Assembly (NCBI RefSeq): GCF_009914755.1
Contig: NC_060929.1
Length of the DNA stretch: 64,000 nt
Reading direction: 5' to 3' (one strand)
From: the human T2T-CHM13v2.0 reference genome, Homo sapiens
Under the pieces are notes generated by a model that did no database searches, had not been told where the DNA came from, and saw only the letters and a list, made by a program, of their open reading frames with translations. Shown here one piece after another: positions 44,253 through 59,899 of this stretch. Every line of letters starts with the position of its first letter. The first letter of the stretch is position 1. The position numbers were made by a program, and so were the translations under genes.

Positions 44253-45939
44253 ACAACCATATTTTTTGTTGAGTTTTGTTTCTTTAGTGGCTTAGCCATC
44301 TCTGCTGGTTTTAGTTAGTTCCAGCTGAGTCAATGGCTCATCTTAGACTGCATTTCTACCACCAACCTCTGCAAGGAAATACTCCATAGGACTTCTGGCC
44401 TAGACCTGAGGTTGCCATGGATTCATATTGAGCAAGTGAGTTCCATGTACACATCCCAGTCTTTCCTCAAGTAGCCTGCACGCCCTGTCTCCACCCTCAG
44501 TTTAAGAACACCAATGAGGTTTTTGAGATGTTCTTCTTACTTTCTGCCAAAGCAAGATATCTGATAGAAGGAGAAACCCTGTATTGACTCCCTGGCTTTT
44601 TGTTTATTCCAAAATTATGCTCTGTCTGGCTGACACATTGTGAAATTTAAGGGGAAAATTAGACCTTTTCCTCATTTCACTTTCATTGTTTTTTTTTTTT
44701 TAAATCTATTGTGTATTTCATTCATTTTGGGGGGGGAACAAATTCTACAAACTGCTTTAATATTGTCCTTTTTTTCTAATATTCACATTAACTTTTTATG
44801 TAAAACATACCAATGCTTTTAATAAAGCTTACATAGGAATAAACTATTATAGACCTGCATAGATATAAGTACCCATGTATTAATCTACATTAAAATAATG
44901 GATTTTATTCTGCGAAGACTCCAAGTTGCTCCTGGGTGCTAAGTGAAGCACTTAGGGAAATGTGTTCAGTCTTTGAGGTCATAGGAACATTAGATTATAT
45001 CAAAGGAAACCTGGAGCCATCAGCTAAGTGGCCCTTCTGTCCTGTAGATACATAAAAACTAATGTGCTCCGCTATGCGGCTCACTTTCTGCTATTAGATA
45101 CTATGAGGCACTAAGAAAAAACTACTGCCTGCATCATATCTTTCTTCGGTTTGAGATAAAGAGAATGGCCAGAACTGTATACAAGTCATGAAAGGCCCTG
45201 GTGTACATTTTTCAAAGTAGTGCAGATTGTGTTGAAATTATCAGTTTATCTTGCATATAAAAAAAACATATATACACTTTGAGTAAAATATAAAAAGTGG
45301 TAAATATCAGGAAAAGTTTGTTTTACTGTAACCATTTCTTGTTCTATTCTATTTGAGTATTTGCTCTATATATTTGATATACTTCCAGAATGCATCCTAT
45401 TCACAAAGCAGGCAATTACTCTATCAGTGAATACAGTTGCAGAGTCTCTCCTCTATTCAGCTTCATTTGTACCTCCACTCCAGCCACTTGCAGAAATGGC
45501 GGATGCATCAAAAAGACTGGTTACAGGCCTTGCACCCTCCAAGCGGCTAATTACCAAGATGTTAAGTAAATGACCATTGCTCTTTATCATCCCCAATGGC
45601 GTATAAAAAGGATGTTAAACAGGTTGTCTCATGTTCCCTATACATTTATTCATTCCCGTGTTAAAATACGTCTTATGGGAAAAACAAAATTCACCAAAGA
45701 ATGAGGAAGCGAACATGTGTTAACAGAGGGACTTCTGGCTAATTTTACAAAGAAGGATAAAAATTCTCAAAATATGTGTGGGGTGGATTGCGGGGGTATT
45801 ACATATTCATAGCATGCCGCAGAAATCATTTTAAGTCTATCAAAAACAACTATATTGTGCATTTTCAAATAAGCACATATAAAAGATGAGCTATAAGAAG
45901 AGAGAAGGATGCTAAAATAAATAAGTAAAAGAGAAAAAT

Positions 45940-46257
<318 letters not shown>

Positions 46258-47984
46258 TTAAATGGTAAGGAAAGAATAGGTCAGGACAGGAATCCAGGAT
46301 GACTTTACTATATTTGAACCATAGAACATTAACCAAAATCTTATTTTTCTTCCCCTCAGTAGTTTGAAGTTGAGCAATATCTGTGTCTTTTGCATCACAC
46401 TCTGAAATTGCAAATTATTTCTTGTCCTTTCAGATAAATGATTATGCAAAAGAAGCCCAGAACTGGCACAATTTAGAAGGTTTGAGGTTGCTCTCATGTG
46501 TTTGTAGGGTATGCTATCATCATCCCATAGCCTAAGGCTGTAGTATTGGACTCTCTGGAAGCAGCTCTGAATGTGATAGGATGGAGATAATTGAAGATAC
46601 AAGCAGCCATTATGTGTCTGAATATTGGTTTACTAGAAGAGCTAGATGTGTAGGAGCACATCCTTACTTGACAAATGTCTGACAGAATGACCTGGCACCA
46701 TTACTGTTTTAAATGTGTAATATGCTATCTCAACTGGGACATTTTATGAAAGCTATAGGTTGTGACCTACTGTTCATTACACTTAGTTTCTGAGGTGCCA
46801 AAGACTGATGTGTGAGCCAAAGTTCATTATTGTTCTTCACTGGATCTTTGCATTTATTAGTCTGATGTTAATGGGATTCACTCTTGAGTTGGATTGATGT
46901 TCAAGGTTAGAGCCACAGATGAGCTCCTGATCTTGACCAGAAATGATTTGCCCATTGCCAATTAGAAGAAGAAAAGGGCAAGGTGGAGGTTGAACTTGGA
47001 GTTAATAGGAATAATAGATGCTGAGGGTACAAGATGAAACTCAGTAAGATAATACACTCTATTCTTAGACTGGCAAATTTACATAGTAAAGAGAACTTTT
47101 ATCATTGTCATCCAAAGAAAATATAATCCTAAGAGAAAAAGTCCAGCTAGTTTTTTTTTTCTTTTTTGTTACCTGCTCATAGGATATAAACTTATTTCTA
47201 TCACACACAGGTATCATTTTCTTCTATTTCACACAAATGTGTGAAATAAAACACATAGAAGAAGAAATAAAACACTTCTTCTATTTCACACAAATGACAA
47301 AAAATGTCCTTCAATTATTTTGACACACGATCTCTCAAGATACATATCCTTTTATATCAACTATAAATACAAATTTAAAATTTTGATAAAAGAGAAATAA
47401 CTGGAATAAAACAAAGCAGTATTTTTTAAAACTATAGCTGTTCCCCTAAGATATTCTCACACTAAAGAATTTTTCCCAATTCTTCTCCCCCACTGAGAAG
47501 TACAGTCTTCAAAAATTAGTCCAGGTATTAGTGTTTACCAAGGAGGAATATTTTGAACAAGAATAATCTGATGCTACTTTTCATTTGTCAAGTACATTTT
47601 CTAAATTATATTCTAATAAGAGAGAATATGCACATTTGCATGTCATGATTCTTATAAATATTTACTGAGTACTGTCTCTCTGTAAAGAACTACAGTGGGA
47701 TGGATTTAAGATATATAATACATAATTTTTCATCTTCAAATTGTTCACGTTTTGTAGAGATAGTAACTTGTGCATAAATGACTAGAATGTTAAGTTGCTA
47801 AGTGACAAGTGACAAAAATGTTTAACCTGTAAAATCTTCCCCTTGGGAAATTGAGGAATAAAAACTTCCAACTAAAGGAACAAAGATTGTCATGAGCAAA
47901 GTTGTATAAAAAATAAATTAAATGTAGGATAATAAAGGTAGTGTATTAAAGTGAGAAGGGTTAGGGTTTCTTAGGTGACAGACT

Positions 47985-48140
47985 GGCTTGATTTTGTGAC
48001 TTGTGTGATGGAAGCAAGTTATGTAACACCTCTGAGTTTCCATATCTTCATCTGTGAAGTAGACATAGCTGAACCAACCACATGGAATTGTTGCGAGGGT
48101 GAAATGCAATGGTGTGTGCAAGTTTCTAGGCAGTGTTGGA
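47985..48140 (+). mobile_element. MIR
   Basis: gcaagttatgtaacacctctgagtttccatatcttcatctgtgaa core. Confidence 0.75.
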
Positions 48141-49489
48141 CTGGATCTACTATTACGCTATACAAATGATACTTAGAATTTTTACAGTTATGCTTAATAT
48201 TGTCATAATTCCAGGAAATGAGAAAAATCTCAGCAGAGGTACAAAACGGGCAAGCTCTGGGCAAAATGATCTTAGTGGGTTTATTTCAAAGGATGCTTGA
48301 AAGTAATCTGTGGAAAACAAAATTGACAAAAAGTGCATGTTGAAATGGAAATTAACGGGTCTTTGAATGTTAAGACAAAGATAGCGGGCATGCTCTTTCA
48401 TCTGTCTATCCCTGGCCCTTAGCATGCCTGGTGCTTTTCAGTGCTCCAGCTTTACGTGTTTAATCGTTTTTGTTTCATTCGAAATAAGTGTTCTCATAGA
48501 TATAGAAAACCAGCAGGCAATAAAATATATATTCTGAGCTGTGATTTAGTGGTATTATTACTTAGCAACAGTGTGTAGGATGAATTACAGAAAGCAAAAG
48601 TAGGGCATAATTATAATCACTAAGACTAATTATCAATATAAACTTTTGCCAGAACAATTGTAAATATATGGAGAGGTGATGCACATGAAAAACACATTAA
48701 AATACCCTAGGATTTTGCCGAAATAAGCTGTGTAATAAAACAAAGGGAGAAGAAATTGAAGAATATGATGAAGTTTAAATTGAGGTTCAAGGTGTTTTGC
48801 ATGAAGAAAGATGAGAAATTTAAATTTGAGATATGATGAGTTTATGGTAGGAAATTGAGATACCATATTTTGCCAGTTGGACTAGACCTCACAAAAAGAC
48901 TCAAAATAAGTATGCAGAACGCATTAGTTTAGATATATTTGAAGAGACCATGGGAAAAAAGGAAAAAGGGAGGAGTTTAAAGAGTCAAACAAAAAGATGA
49001 TGGAAAGGCAGTGGGAGACATAAAAGGGAACCAGAAATCTTAAGAGGAGAAAGTGTTCTGAAGAAACACACAAAGTCAATTACTTAAAAAGTTGAGAATC
49101 ACTGGCAGTGCTGGATGATCGTGACTTTTTTCTCTATTTCAGTAAGCGGGCGATGGACATTAGAATGCAAGAGATGGATGAGGTATGGAAGTAGAAGGAA
49201 TAAATGTCAACTATTATTTTAAAACATTTGCACAGAAGAAGCAAAGTAGGATAAGAGCTTAAAAATAAAGGTTCTGTTTATTTTCATTTTGTAGTCGTAG
49301 GGAAAATGTGAGCATGTTAAAAGAAAAGCTGAGTGTAAAAAGGGAATGAGAGGACAAATTGAAATAGACATGGGTTCAAATCCCAGATCCCACTGGACAT
49401 CTCTGAGGCTTACTAGACATCATCTGTAAATATAAGATAAACACCTAATATAAAATGTGTTCAGCTATAAGAAGTTTGAGTTAGTGTAT

Positions 49490-49985
49490 ATGATTTTTAG
49501 AAAATCAATTTATCATATACAATAAAACATATATTAAATTAGACAGTTTGATGCATATTGACAATTGTATATCCCCTGCACATTTCCATCATATATGAAA
49601 ACTTCTCACATGCCCTCACCATCTCAATCCCTGATCACAGGCAACCACTGATGGAGGTTCTGTCATTATGTACAGGATATATCTTTTCTAAATTTTGTAT
49701 AAGTGACATCATACATGTGCATTATTTTGTTTCTGTCTTCTTTATCTCAGCATCTTGTTTTTTGAAATTTGTTCTTATTGAGTACATCAGTGGTCAGCTC
49801 CTTATTATTGCTTAGTGTATTTCATTTTAGGAATAATGTTCATTGAATTTATCCATTTTATCCATTATAATTTTGAGGGAAATTTGGGGTTTTTCCAGGT
49901 TGGGGCTAATATTAAAGCTGCTATGAACATTCAGGTACGACTCTATGTATAGATATGTCTAACTGTCAGCTTCTACATAAACATT
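49490..49985 (-). mobile_element. Old L1M 3' fragment
   Basis: caggcaaccactgat, tttccaggttggggcta..aaagctgctatgaacattc. Confidence 0.75.
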
Positions 49986-52900
49986 TTAAAAATCACTATC
50001 TCTAAGAAAACTAGGAAATCAAACATCTGGAATTCGGCATTGGCTACCAATTGTAGATGAAACATACTTTTTCAATGATTTAGACACAACTGTCACAGCT
50101 TACAAAATGCATCTTCACCAATTAGTTACCTAGTTAGGCTCTGCAGACTTAATTGTTTATCTCTGACCATAGTCCTAACCCAACTTGGCTCCATAGTTGC
50201 TGGGATAAGATAGATTGATTTTAGCTATTGGTATCAGTATTCTACTTCCCACATGCCTGTCGAAAAATGCTCTTAGAGTTTTAGAACTGGAATGGCAAAA
50301 TTTATTTCCTGAGTGATTAAATGGCTCCACTCCTACTATTCTAGGTCACCTTGTTCCTTGTTGAGAGACAGCCACATCCTGAATGTGGCTCTTTTCTCTC
50401 AGCTTTGCACCCACTGTCAATAGGCAAATCTCAGTTGCAAGAAACTCTTTAGGTAGAATGGAAGTATTATTCTTTCTGCTACATGAACCTGAAGGAAGTA
50501 TTCTCAGATTATCCAGACCTAAGGAAGGATACATTCATCTATAGCTCCCTCTCAATTTACAGAAATGTTTGGTTGGTAGAGAGTCTTGCCTAAGTATTTA
50601 ATCTGGCCCAAGGTAAAGAAATACTGCAACCTCAGATCTACTAGCCAAGGGGAGCTGGGTTGTTTTGAAAGGCACTGTAATGTGCCCCCTTTTTCTTACA
50701 CAGCAGTGGGCACGATTAGGAGGCAAAAACTTATGGAAAGGAAAACTTAAGTTCTTCCTTATAAAAATTTAAAACATGTATCTCCATGGAGGGCCTGCAA
50801 AGTCTTTATAGGATATTTTGCCTTTGGGAACTTCTTTTTTTATACTACTATTTCAATCTCCTCACCTCCCTCTCTGTCTCTATTTCTAATTAGATAGATC
50901 ATAGATACAGGTATAGATAAACATAGATATATAGATGGAAGGCCTTGATTGAAAGTGCTACAACCTCCTTCCACTGTTGAGTGGAAGCACCTGCTTGAGG
51001 GATGTACCAGTTTAGTTAGGAGGAGGAAATGAGGAGGGGAGTCTGATGGAGGAAAAAAATAAAATGTTCTGAAGTGATTGAGAGCACAGAGAGTTTGGAA
51101 TAGACCTGCAAACAGGGGGCCCTTGCTAGGAACTAGGGCACATCCATGAAGTGACTTTGCTGTTGTGTTTACATTATTTGTCTTTTTCCATTAGATACTT
51201 GCCACGGTTATATTACGCATCCACAATTTCAAGATGTTGCAGTTTTGGGATGCATTGTTTTATTTCCCCCGAGAACACAGCAGCCTTGTGCAAGAGGCAT
51301 TGTGCATGACTAGGAGAGGAAGAAATAACAAACTCCTTAAGAACAACAGGAGGGGGAAACGGGGAGTAGTTGTTTAGACAACTAATAGTTAATTTCCAGG
51401 CCTTGCCAGGTCAGGAAAGGAAAATCCCTAGGTGGGGTTCATACCTGTAGTCAAATACAAGTAAAACCAAAAGGTAGGGCCTAATCCAGGCACATTTATT
51501 TTTCCCCAAATACTTTCAAAAAGAGAGACCATTGAAGGAGTGAGGGAGTCTCAGGGTTTTAGGCTACATATGCTTTTCATCCACCTTGTCTATGCAACTC
51601 AGGTCCAGGATTCCTTCCAGCCATCACTAACTGAACCAAATTCCAAGGAGCCACTGCTTCACATTGCCATGCTCCGTGTTTTGCACAGAGGCTTCAGTTT
51701 TGATCAAACATGTTTTGTTTTTGATTATCACACATTCCACTCCAAAACTAAATATTATTTCCCGAAAATAATTTGTCATTTTAGAAATTGATACAACTCT
51801 GAAATGATTTTATCTGTTTGAATACTTTGATGATCATCTCAGACACATAAGCAGAAATTTAACATAAAGAGTTAAAGATTGATAATAAATAAAATTGTTT
51901 TTCAGATTCATTGAAACATTCTTAATTTTTCTTCTAAAAGAAATGAGTAAAATTGATTTTGTTATTTAATATCTCTAGAGGTGCTTATTTTAACTAGTAC
52001 CTTATAACTAGAAGGTATCTGGGTCTTCAAAAGAATTTCATAGCATACCTCTGATCATTTAACTTGGCAAGTTTGTCTTTCAGAATATGTTGTAGTCAGA
52101 TAGTCGAGAATGATCATTAGTGAATTCTCATATCCATCCATCTATTTCAAGTTGTACTTTGCCATAAATCCAGTTCAGAAATCTGTGGGAAAACTTAGCA
52201 CTTCTGAAATTTTAGAAACTAGTTAAAAGGGATTGAATTCAGCCTTTCTGAGGCACTGAAGATAAAACTTAGACTTATATTTGTAATTCAACCCAAATGA
52301 CAAATTTTTCAGTTACAGATTTTAATCTGGTTTTTAACTACCTCATAAAATTTTTACCAGTAAGTTCTACATAAAATAATTCAAAAATCTGATTGTCAGA
52401 ACCACTGCAATTTCTCTATTATGAATGTATTTACAAGTCATCCTGCATGTAAAAGAAGCAATTTCATGTGGATAAGTAAAATGGTTAAATTTGTTTGTAT
52501 TCTATACATCTATACATAATTACATGTACATATACATAATTAAACTTATACCCTTGTCGATGATGAAGTGAACGGTTAAAATAAAGTATGCTAGTCTTCA
52601 CTTAATCATGTTATTTTAATTCAGCATAAAAGATAGATACAGTCATTATCTAACTAGTTAATTTGATTTTTTTTGGTTATTCTTATCCACAAGTAAGGCT
52701 TTTAGATAGATCTGAAATGGGATAATGGTGGAAGATGAGGAACTACCACTGATCAAGTAGCCATATTAGCAATGATGCAGTTTGCACAGGGAAAACAAGA
52801 AGGAATAAATAAGCAAATGGGAGAAGAATTACAGAGAACAGTATCCAAGATGCTTCAGTTCAGATAATATTTTGTTTCATTATGAGAGCCTGCACTTAAT

Positions 52901-54309
52901 TTTCCACCAGTTTACCAAGCTAGCGTGACCATCATGACCTTGTACCATCTTCAGATTCCACGAATGGTAGATGAAGAGTTCTACCCATCACTTCTAATAG
53001 GCAAAGATAGCACATGCCTACATGCACTGATTTGGAAGAAGGACAAGGCTAGAGATGGTGAGCGTTCCGCTTGAGCTATGGGCTATTAGCTTGTGGTAAA
53101 CATGACTTAATAGTCAGTGATATGGACTTCACTGGCAGGTCTCATTCAGATAATCCCACAGTTCTTCTACTTCTTAATATAATATTTTCTAGGATAGGGG
53201 GTGGGGTGTAGTTGGGGGATCCATCAGGTGAGTTGAGAAGAGGAATGTGATAGGAACTTTTGTCACTGTTGGAAAGTGCGTGGGTGGTGACATTGAATAG
53301 ATTCACTCAGGGAGACAAGTTAGCATATCTTTCATCTTTTTATAAGCAGCTGAGTAGAAAGAAATTGAGCAGCAGGAAAGGAGGGACAGGATACAAGAAA
53401 GTGTCTTTTCTTCCTCTCCATTCTTACAATGTCCTGATTCTTCAGCCCAGAGCTTTAAATATTTTTGTAACTACTTTCTTGGGGAACTGTCATGTTAACA
53501 GTAATTTTGTATATATTGAGCTCCTAAAGCTATGGATGCTTTATAAAGCTACAATGTAAATTTATTTCTCTCCATAATCCCTGTCACTTTCCCTGTCTCC
53601 ACATAAAAAGCAAGAGACTTAACATTTCATTATTAATTACAGCAACAGCAAGTTGGCTGTCAGAGTCAAACCTCCACACACTCCCCCCACCAAGCTGCTG
53701 AGCTTCCAGCCATTTACTCATTAAGCTTATGATGATGATGGAGTTTTTAAAACCTGCTCTTTGTAATGGACAGTAGACCTTAAAAATCTGTCATAAATTG
53801 CTCAACTGAGGAAATCAAATGGCAAAGAGAGTGAACCAGTGTAAGAGCAAACAAATTGCACCATAAAAGAAAGTAGTGTCTTTAACTGAGCTTTTATTTT
53901 TACAAAGAATGTGAAAGCAACTTGGAGACTGTAAGTGGATGCTGTGAGACTGTTTAACTAAGAGCAGTTATTCACATTAAAGAGGCTGAACACATAAGGA
54001 AAAAAAAAAAAGAAAGAAAATCAGACCAAACAAAAACAAAGGAACAAAACCGCCTTAGAGTGTTTTCGTTTTTCAAATGATATGGTACTGCTGAGTAAAA
54101 ATGACTAGGTCCATTTTTAAGTGTATTTTTTTCCTTAACATTTTAAAACCAGACTACATAAGATAAAAGCATATTACAAGGTGAATACCGATCAAGTTAA
54201 GGATCTAAGCGTATAACAGATTTTTCTCTCATATTTCATAAGAGATTTTTCAAAATGCACATTAATTCTGATATTTTTATTCATTTATTCAGGAAATATT
54301 AATGAGGAC

Positions 54310-54767
54310 TGTTGAAGTCAAAATAGAAATGTAAAGAGGAATCTCTAAATTTAACATTTAATTAAGAAATAAATAATTTGCAAATCAGGGCATATATTCA
54401 GACCGAGTGGTCTTCAGCATGTCTGAAGAATGAAGAGAAGGCTGGAGGTTTTACTAAAAAAAGAAATATTAATTATTGCTCTTTGAGAAAGTTCATTAGC
54501 ATTGGTAAGGTTCTGGGAAGCTGGAACGTCTGACTGGTGACTGATGGTGGGTAAAGTAAATCTTAGATTTGTAGCAGGTTTGTTTGGCAACTATTAGATA
54601 AAACAGTTGTGAGGTTACAGCAGGCACTTTCAGCAGCCAGACTTGCAGTGAATTACATTTTGGGAGAGCAATGTTTTGTGTCCTGAGTGCTTTTTGCCCC
54701 TGCCCTCTTGACTCTGTTTTCACTGGGTATGACGAGAATGCCCCAATTCAAATAATCAGCTTTCACA
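54310..54767 (-). mobile_element. MER65-like ERV1 solo LTR
   Basis: tgttgaagtcaaaata...aatcagctttcaca, TG...CA ends. Confidence 0.65.
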
Positions 54768-57700
54768 GTACCTATTATGGTCCAGTTCTTTTCTCAAACA
54801 CTTTGGAATTCAAGAATAAACTAAACAGAAGAAAATCTGACCCTGAAGAAGAAAGTAACAAATAAGTCATAAGTATAATGGATAGGTAAGTTATATTGCA
54901 GATTTGAAAGAAATATGTGATGAAAAATAAGAGAAGTAGAGCAGGAAAAAAGAAATTAAGATGGTAGGTGTGGTGGAAGGAGAGGAGGCAAATGCAGGCT
55001 CAACCAGAAGGTAAGAAGTCAACAAACATTTTGGAAGGTAGGAGTTGTCAATATGGACAACATGGACATCTGGGGGAAGAGTTCCATGTGGAGTGAGGTT
55101 ACCCTAAATAATTGAACTCGCTGGAAAAAAACACAACTCTCAATTTTACTACATAGAAGCTCTTGTAAATGAGAGCAGATGAGCTGTTACTTGTGTTGTG
55201 TCCCCAAATGAAACAGCTCATTCTAACATGGGGTAGTGTGCATCAAAGACAAATCATGCCATCTCACAATAAGTATACCCACCAAGAACCTTTTGGAGAC
55301 CTATATTTGGCACTAAAAATACCATTATGAAGAAGAACTTGTATGCCTAATTGCACCCATGCTTTGGTCAATCCTCAATTATATATACATTATAATCAAC
55401 CACATACAAAAGTCTAATATGTGCATTTACCCTGTGATTCTGTTTTATTCATATTAATAGAAGCATGTTTCTACCACTGTGGTGTCATATTATTCAATTA
55501 TTTTGAGTTTTAAATCCCAGGGACCGACTTTACCTGAGTATTGTAGCTCTAAAGTTGGAAAGAAAAAATAATGCTGATACCATAATCAGATAGACATAAA
55601 CAAAAGTGGGAAGAAATCTGCTATTGTGATGAAGCCTATATCATTTAACACCTGAAACTTTGACCAAGCAGAATAAATGAATGAATAAATAATTAAATAA
55701 ATTAATAAAATGATTCTGGAATTGTAAGCAAGGGAAGATGAAATGATCAGTAGCAAATAACCAAACATGAGCTGACATCATGAAGAAAATAGCAAATTCA
55801 TGAATTATTCTAAAATCGAAGCATTTGTTAGTCTTAAGTGTGAATATCTCTCTATGAAATTCTTTAATCTGGCCTTACAGTATGATTTACAAAGCACAGT
55901 TTCTATTTCTAAGAGCCTCTTACAACTCAAAACTTGCCTTACAAATTTTCTTAGAAGTAATCTTGACAGCAAACACATATTGTTTGAACTTTGTTTTTCA
56001 TATTTTGTACATTAATTGCCATTCACGTTTTAGTAGTAAATTCTACGTGGTCCCAGGTGTGTGACTGTGCATGCAAGTTATATCAGAACAGGCCTTCCCA
56101 GCTTTGTCTTATCGTTATAATATGCAAACTATTGGCATAATTCTACATCTCCCTAAAGATTTTTTGAGTCTTTTGGGATTGATGGTCTCTCTCCCTCTCT
56201 CTGGATGCTGCTTTAGGACACTTACTAAGTATACTACTGTGTCTTTCTCAGTGATTAATGATGACTAGATTAATTGGCTTTCTCTTTCATTGTAAGTTCC
56301 CCTTTAACATTTCTGATTTTAATTGTGAGAAATAACCCTGCGCATGCATGTATTAGAAGTCAGGGAAGATCCTCTTGATCCATCCCATCAATTTCCCAGG
56401 AGCAATTGGCATAATTTAAATCTTCATCTAACTATTCTCCTTCAATTGTAATTGGTGCCACCTATTTTTAAAGTAGCCTATTCTTGTAACATTAACGTTA
56501 TTTTGATAATTTATTGCGACCCCATTGCCAAAAACAGGCACAAGGGCGCCATAAATAAAGCAGTCTGATAATTGCTTAAACAAAACTGGGCCCCATGGAC
56601 CAGCAATAAACTGTCATTAAGGTTAGGCTGGAGAAGCACCTGCAATTTCTCTGGATAACCTCTTTTATTTCTCTGTGTACACTACTGCTCATTTCAGAAA
56701 ATGACAGTTTTGAAAGAGATCAGCAATTTGTTGAAACAAAGAATGAGAAAAACATGGTCTTGGAGGTATAATTTACTTTTACATTTTGAATTAAAAAATA
56801 GAAAAAGATATGTTGAAAAAAATTATCATATGAAAACCATAAGATTTCTACTGTAGAGCTAGAGCTATTTCACAGTTTAAAAGCTTGCTCCCTTTGTGGT
56901 AACTTTTATTTGTTATTTAAATTCAAGTTAATCTTCCCTGACTTGTAGTACTAAAAAATAGTACTCATGGTCTTTTATTGTTTTCATGCACAATTTAGAT
57001 AATGTATTTTAGTGTTGCAGCTTGGCTCAGCAATTTTAAAGATTTAGGTTCTGAAAGTTGTTCATCAATAAAGTGGCCTATGTACCTCATTTGCAATGTG
57101 AAAGTGTTAGAAATATGAAAGAATTATATTTATTTTATAATACAAAATATAGAAAGATTAAAACTATATTTAAAACCAATTCAGAACACACAAGTAGGTA
57201 TCACTTAAATGTCTTTTTCAATGTCGGTGACATTTTTAGTTGCTTTTCTTTCTTAAAATTTGCTCCCAAAGTGGCCATAATAATTGATATTTTATAAAGT
57301 TGGGGAAAAAAACAAAATGAATGTCTTCCTTTTATATTTATCAGAAGGTTATTTAAATGAATTCTTCTTGAATTTGATGGAAGCATTTTTTAAATTATGT
57401 TAATTTTAACACATCAGATGCATGTTTGAATACAAATAAGATCAAATAGGTCTTGAGTCATATCTGCAGGATCTTAATTTTAACATCATAGAGACAAAGA
57501 TTTTAGTTAATCTTTTGTTTTGCTGTCAAATTTCCCTCTAATTTTGGACATGACACATTTTATCTTATTGAGTTTCAATTATATATGTATAATTATATAT
57601 ATAATTGAATATATATGTGTACATATATACGTAGATATATATATATATGTTGGACTCATGAATGTACATGAAGATACTAGCTTTGAATGAAACAATGTCA

Positions 57701-59899
57701 ATTGCAAACTGCTGTTCATGCTTAATATAAATTCAATTATGAACCGAAATCCTTTAAGACAAAACAGGGAACCAGGTACTCTTATAACTTTTCTCCCAAT
57801 AATTTGATTTTTTGGAAAAATTTAGTACCATATAATTTTCCCCCAAATATTACCTTTATTAAAAATAATAGTAATAATTCTGGAGAGTTATTTACACTGT
57901 GATTTATTAAATCAATCCCTATGATTTAATGTAGTGATGAAAGTGGTCTTTATATTTAAAATGTGCATGTTATATTGCCAGTTTTTACTGAGCACATACA
58001 TTGTCGGCTAATACATACTCCTTTGTAGGTGAGTGTTTAGCGAAGAAAGCCATTGCTCCATTGGCAAATTAGCGTCATTAGTTGAAGGAGCCCAAGGGTT
58101 TAAATTGCAGGAGGTTTGCAGGAAGCATGTGCGCTGGCAGAGCTGTGTGGTAAGGCATCTGCAATAACCGTCTACATTATGCTTCCATTTAGGTGGTGTC
58201 ATCACTCTGTCACTTTCATCTATTCCATAATTTGCACAAAAAGAAAGCACACCACAACAACTCTTTAAATTCCAAAAATGTATGGTAAACTGTCAGTTTC
58301 TCTTGTATGAAGTTGTTTATCTCAGGATTTTACTTGGCGTGCAATTTCTCAATAGACGTATCCTTCCTTCTGAAATGCAAAGGAAATCCCATTGATCAAT
58401 AGGGGTTGCAGTACTTATCAACATCACAACGGAGACAGCTTAATTCCTCAGATTAGCATTTGGCTCAGATCAGCAAATGTTTTCTGAGAAATTACTATTT
58501 ATACATTTAAAAGTATCCAACTTCCCTATCTTCCTCCTATCAGCTCAAAATATAAGCCCGGGCCATGTGGCTGCATCTTAATCACGTTCGAGCTGGAGAG
58601 CCATCAGTTGAAAGCCTGTCTCAGTTCATAGATACGAGAGATTGTAATATTTTAACATTTCCTCCTGCCAAGTTGCTAAGCAATAAAACTATCTTGGCAC
58701 TTTCCTGCCAGTTCATCATGAAGAACTACTTTAGTTTAGCTTAGTCTCTTGATGAAACAAATGGAAGGCAGCTGCACCAAACGGCCTTTCAGAAACGTGT
58801 TGCCAAACAAATCCCGGGAACTTTCACCCCTTTGCATAGCTAATTTAGATGGCTTGAAGCAGAGAAATCCCATGTTAGTATCAGCATAGAAAATCAAGTC
58901 TTAAATATGAGTGATTAAAAATTATACAAACAATAGCTCATCATAAATTTGCCGAGTGCTATTGTCCCATATTACCTTTCTCCAAGGTATACCTAAGTGT
59001 GATGATTTCTCAGCTAAAAAAAGGCACATTTTTCATACCATAAAGTCAACTTAAGTCAGACATACTAGACAAGCTACTGGCTAAATTTGAAATGTATTTC
59101 TACTTAATTTTTACTTAGCTTTTGAGAGTTTTGATTACATAAGTAATGCCAAAAGAATGCCACACAATAATTTCAAACAACAGAGAAATGTATACATTTA
59201 AAAGTGTATAAAGTAAAAAGAGAAGTAAGTTTCCTTTCGCATTCATCCAATCCTGTATATTTGTATGTGTTTTTTCACAACTGCCTCTGTGCATGTGTGT
59301 ATGTGTATTTGTGGCTGCATATGTATAAACTAAGAATTTTAGTCTATAAACTTACAGCAAATATTGACACATTTATTTATTGCTGTTATTGTTTTTATTA
59401 AAATTGAATCATATCCTGAGCCCCCAACTTGCCATTACATGAACTAAGTTCTTCCCATCTCAGGAATCAGAAAATCCCAAGAATCTTTATCACAACAGAA
59501 TGTTCTGGGAGAGTCCCCTTGGATTTAGGACACACAGGTCACCAAGGAAATGGCCCTGTGCAAACTCACACCATCATGTGAAGTGGACATCTGCATTCTA
59601 GTGCTACACAGACTACACCATCTGCTTCAGAGAGTTTGCAGGTGATCTTCTCTCAGTCTGTCCTCCTCACATTTCAGGTCCTTCACAGAGCCAACTCCTG
59701 TTCACTGTTATCCTCAGCCTGAAATCACAAAGCTTCCTTATGTAGGCCTTCTTTATCAACTCAGATTAAATTAAAACCTTTCCTCCCAGTGGACAACAAG
59801 GCACTTTTTAATGTATCCATTATCATACTTCTCAAATTTATTTTTGCCAACTCTCTGCTTCCTTACTAAACTATGGTATCCATAAGCGTAGCTTACAGT

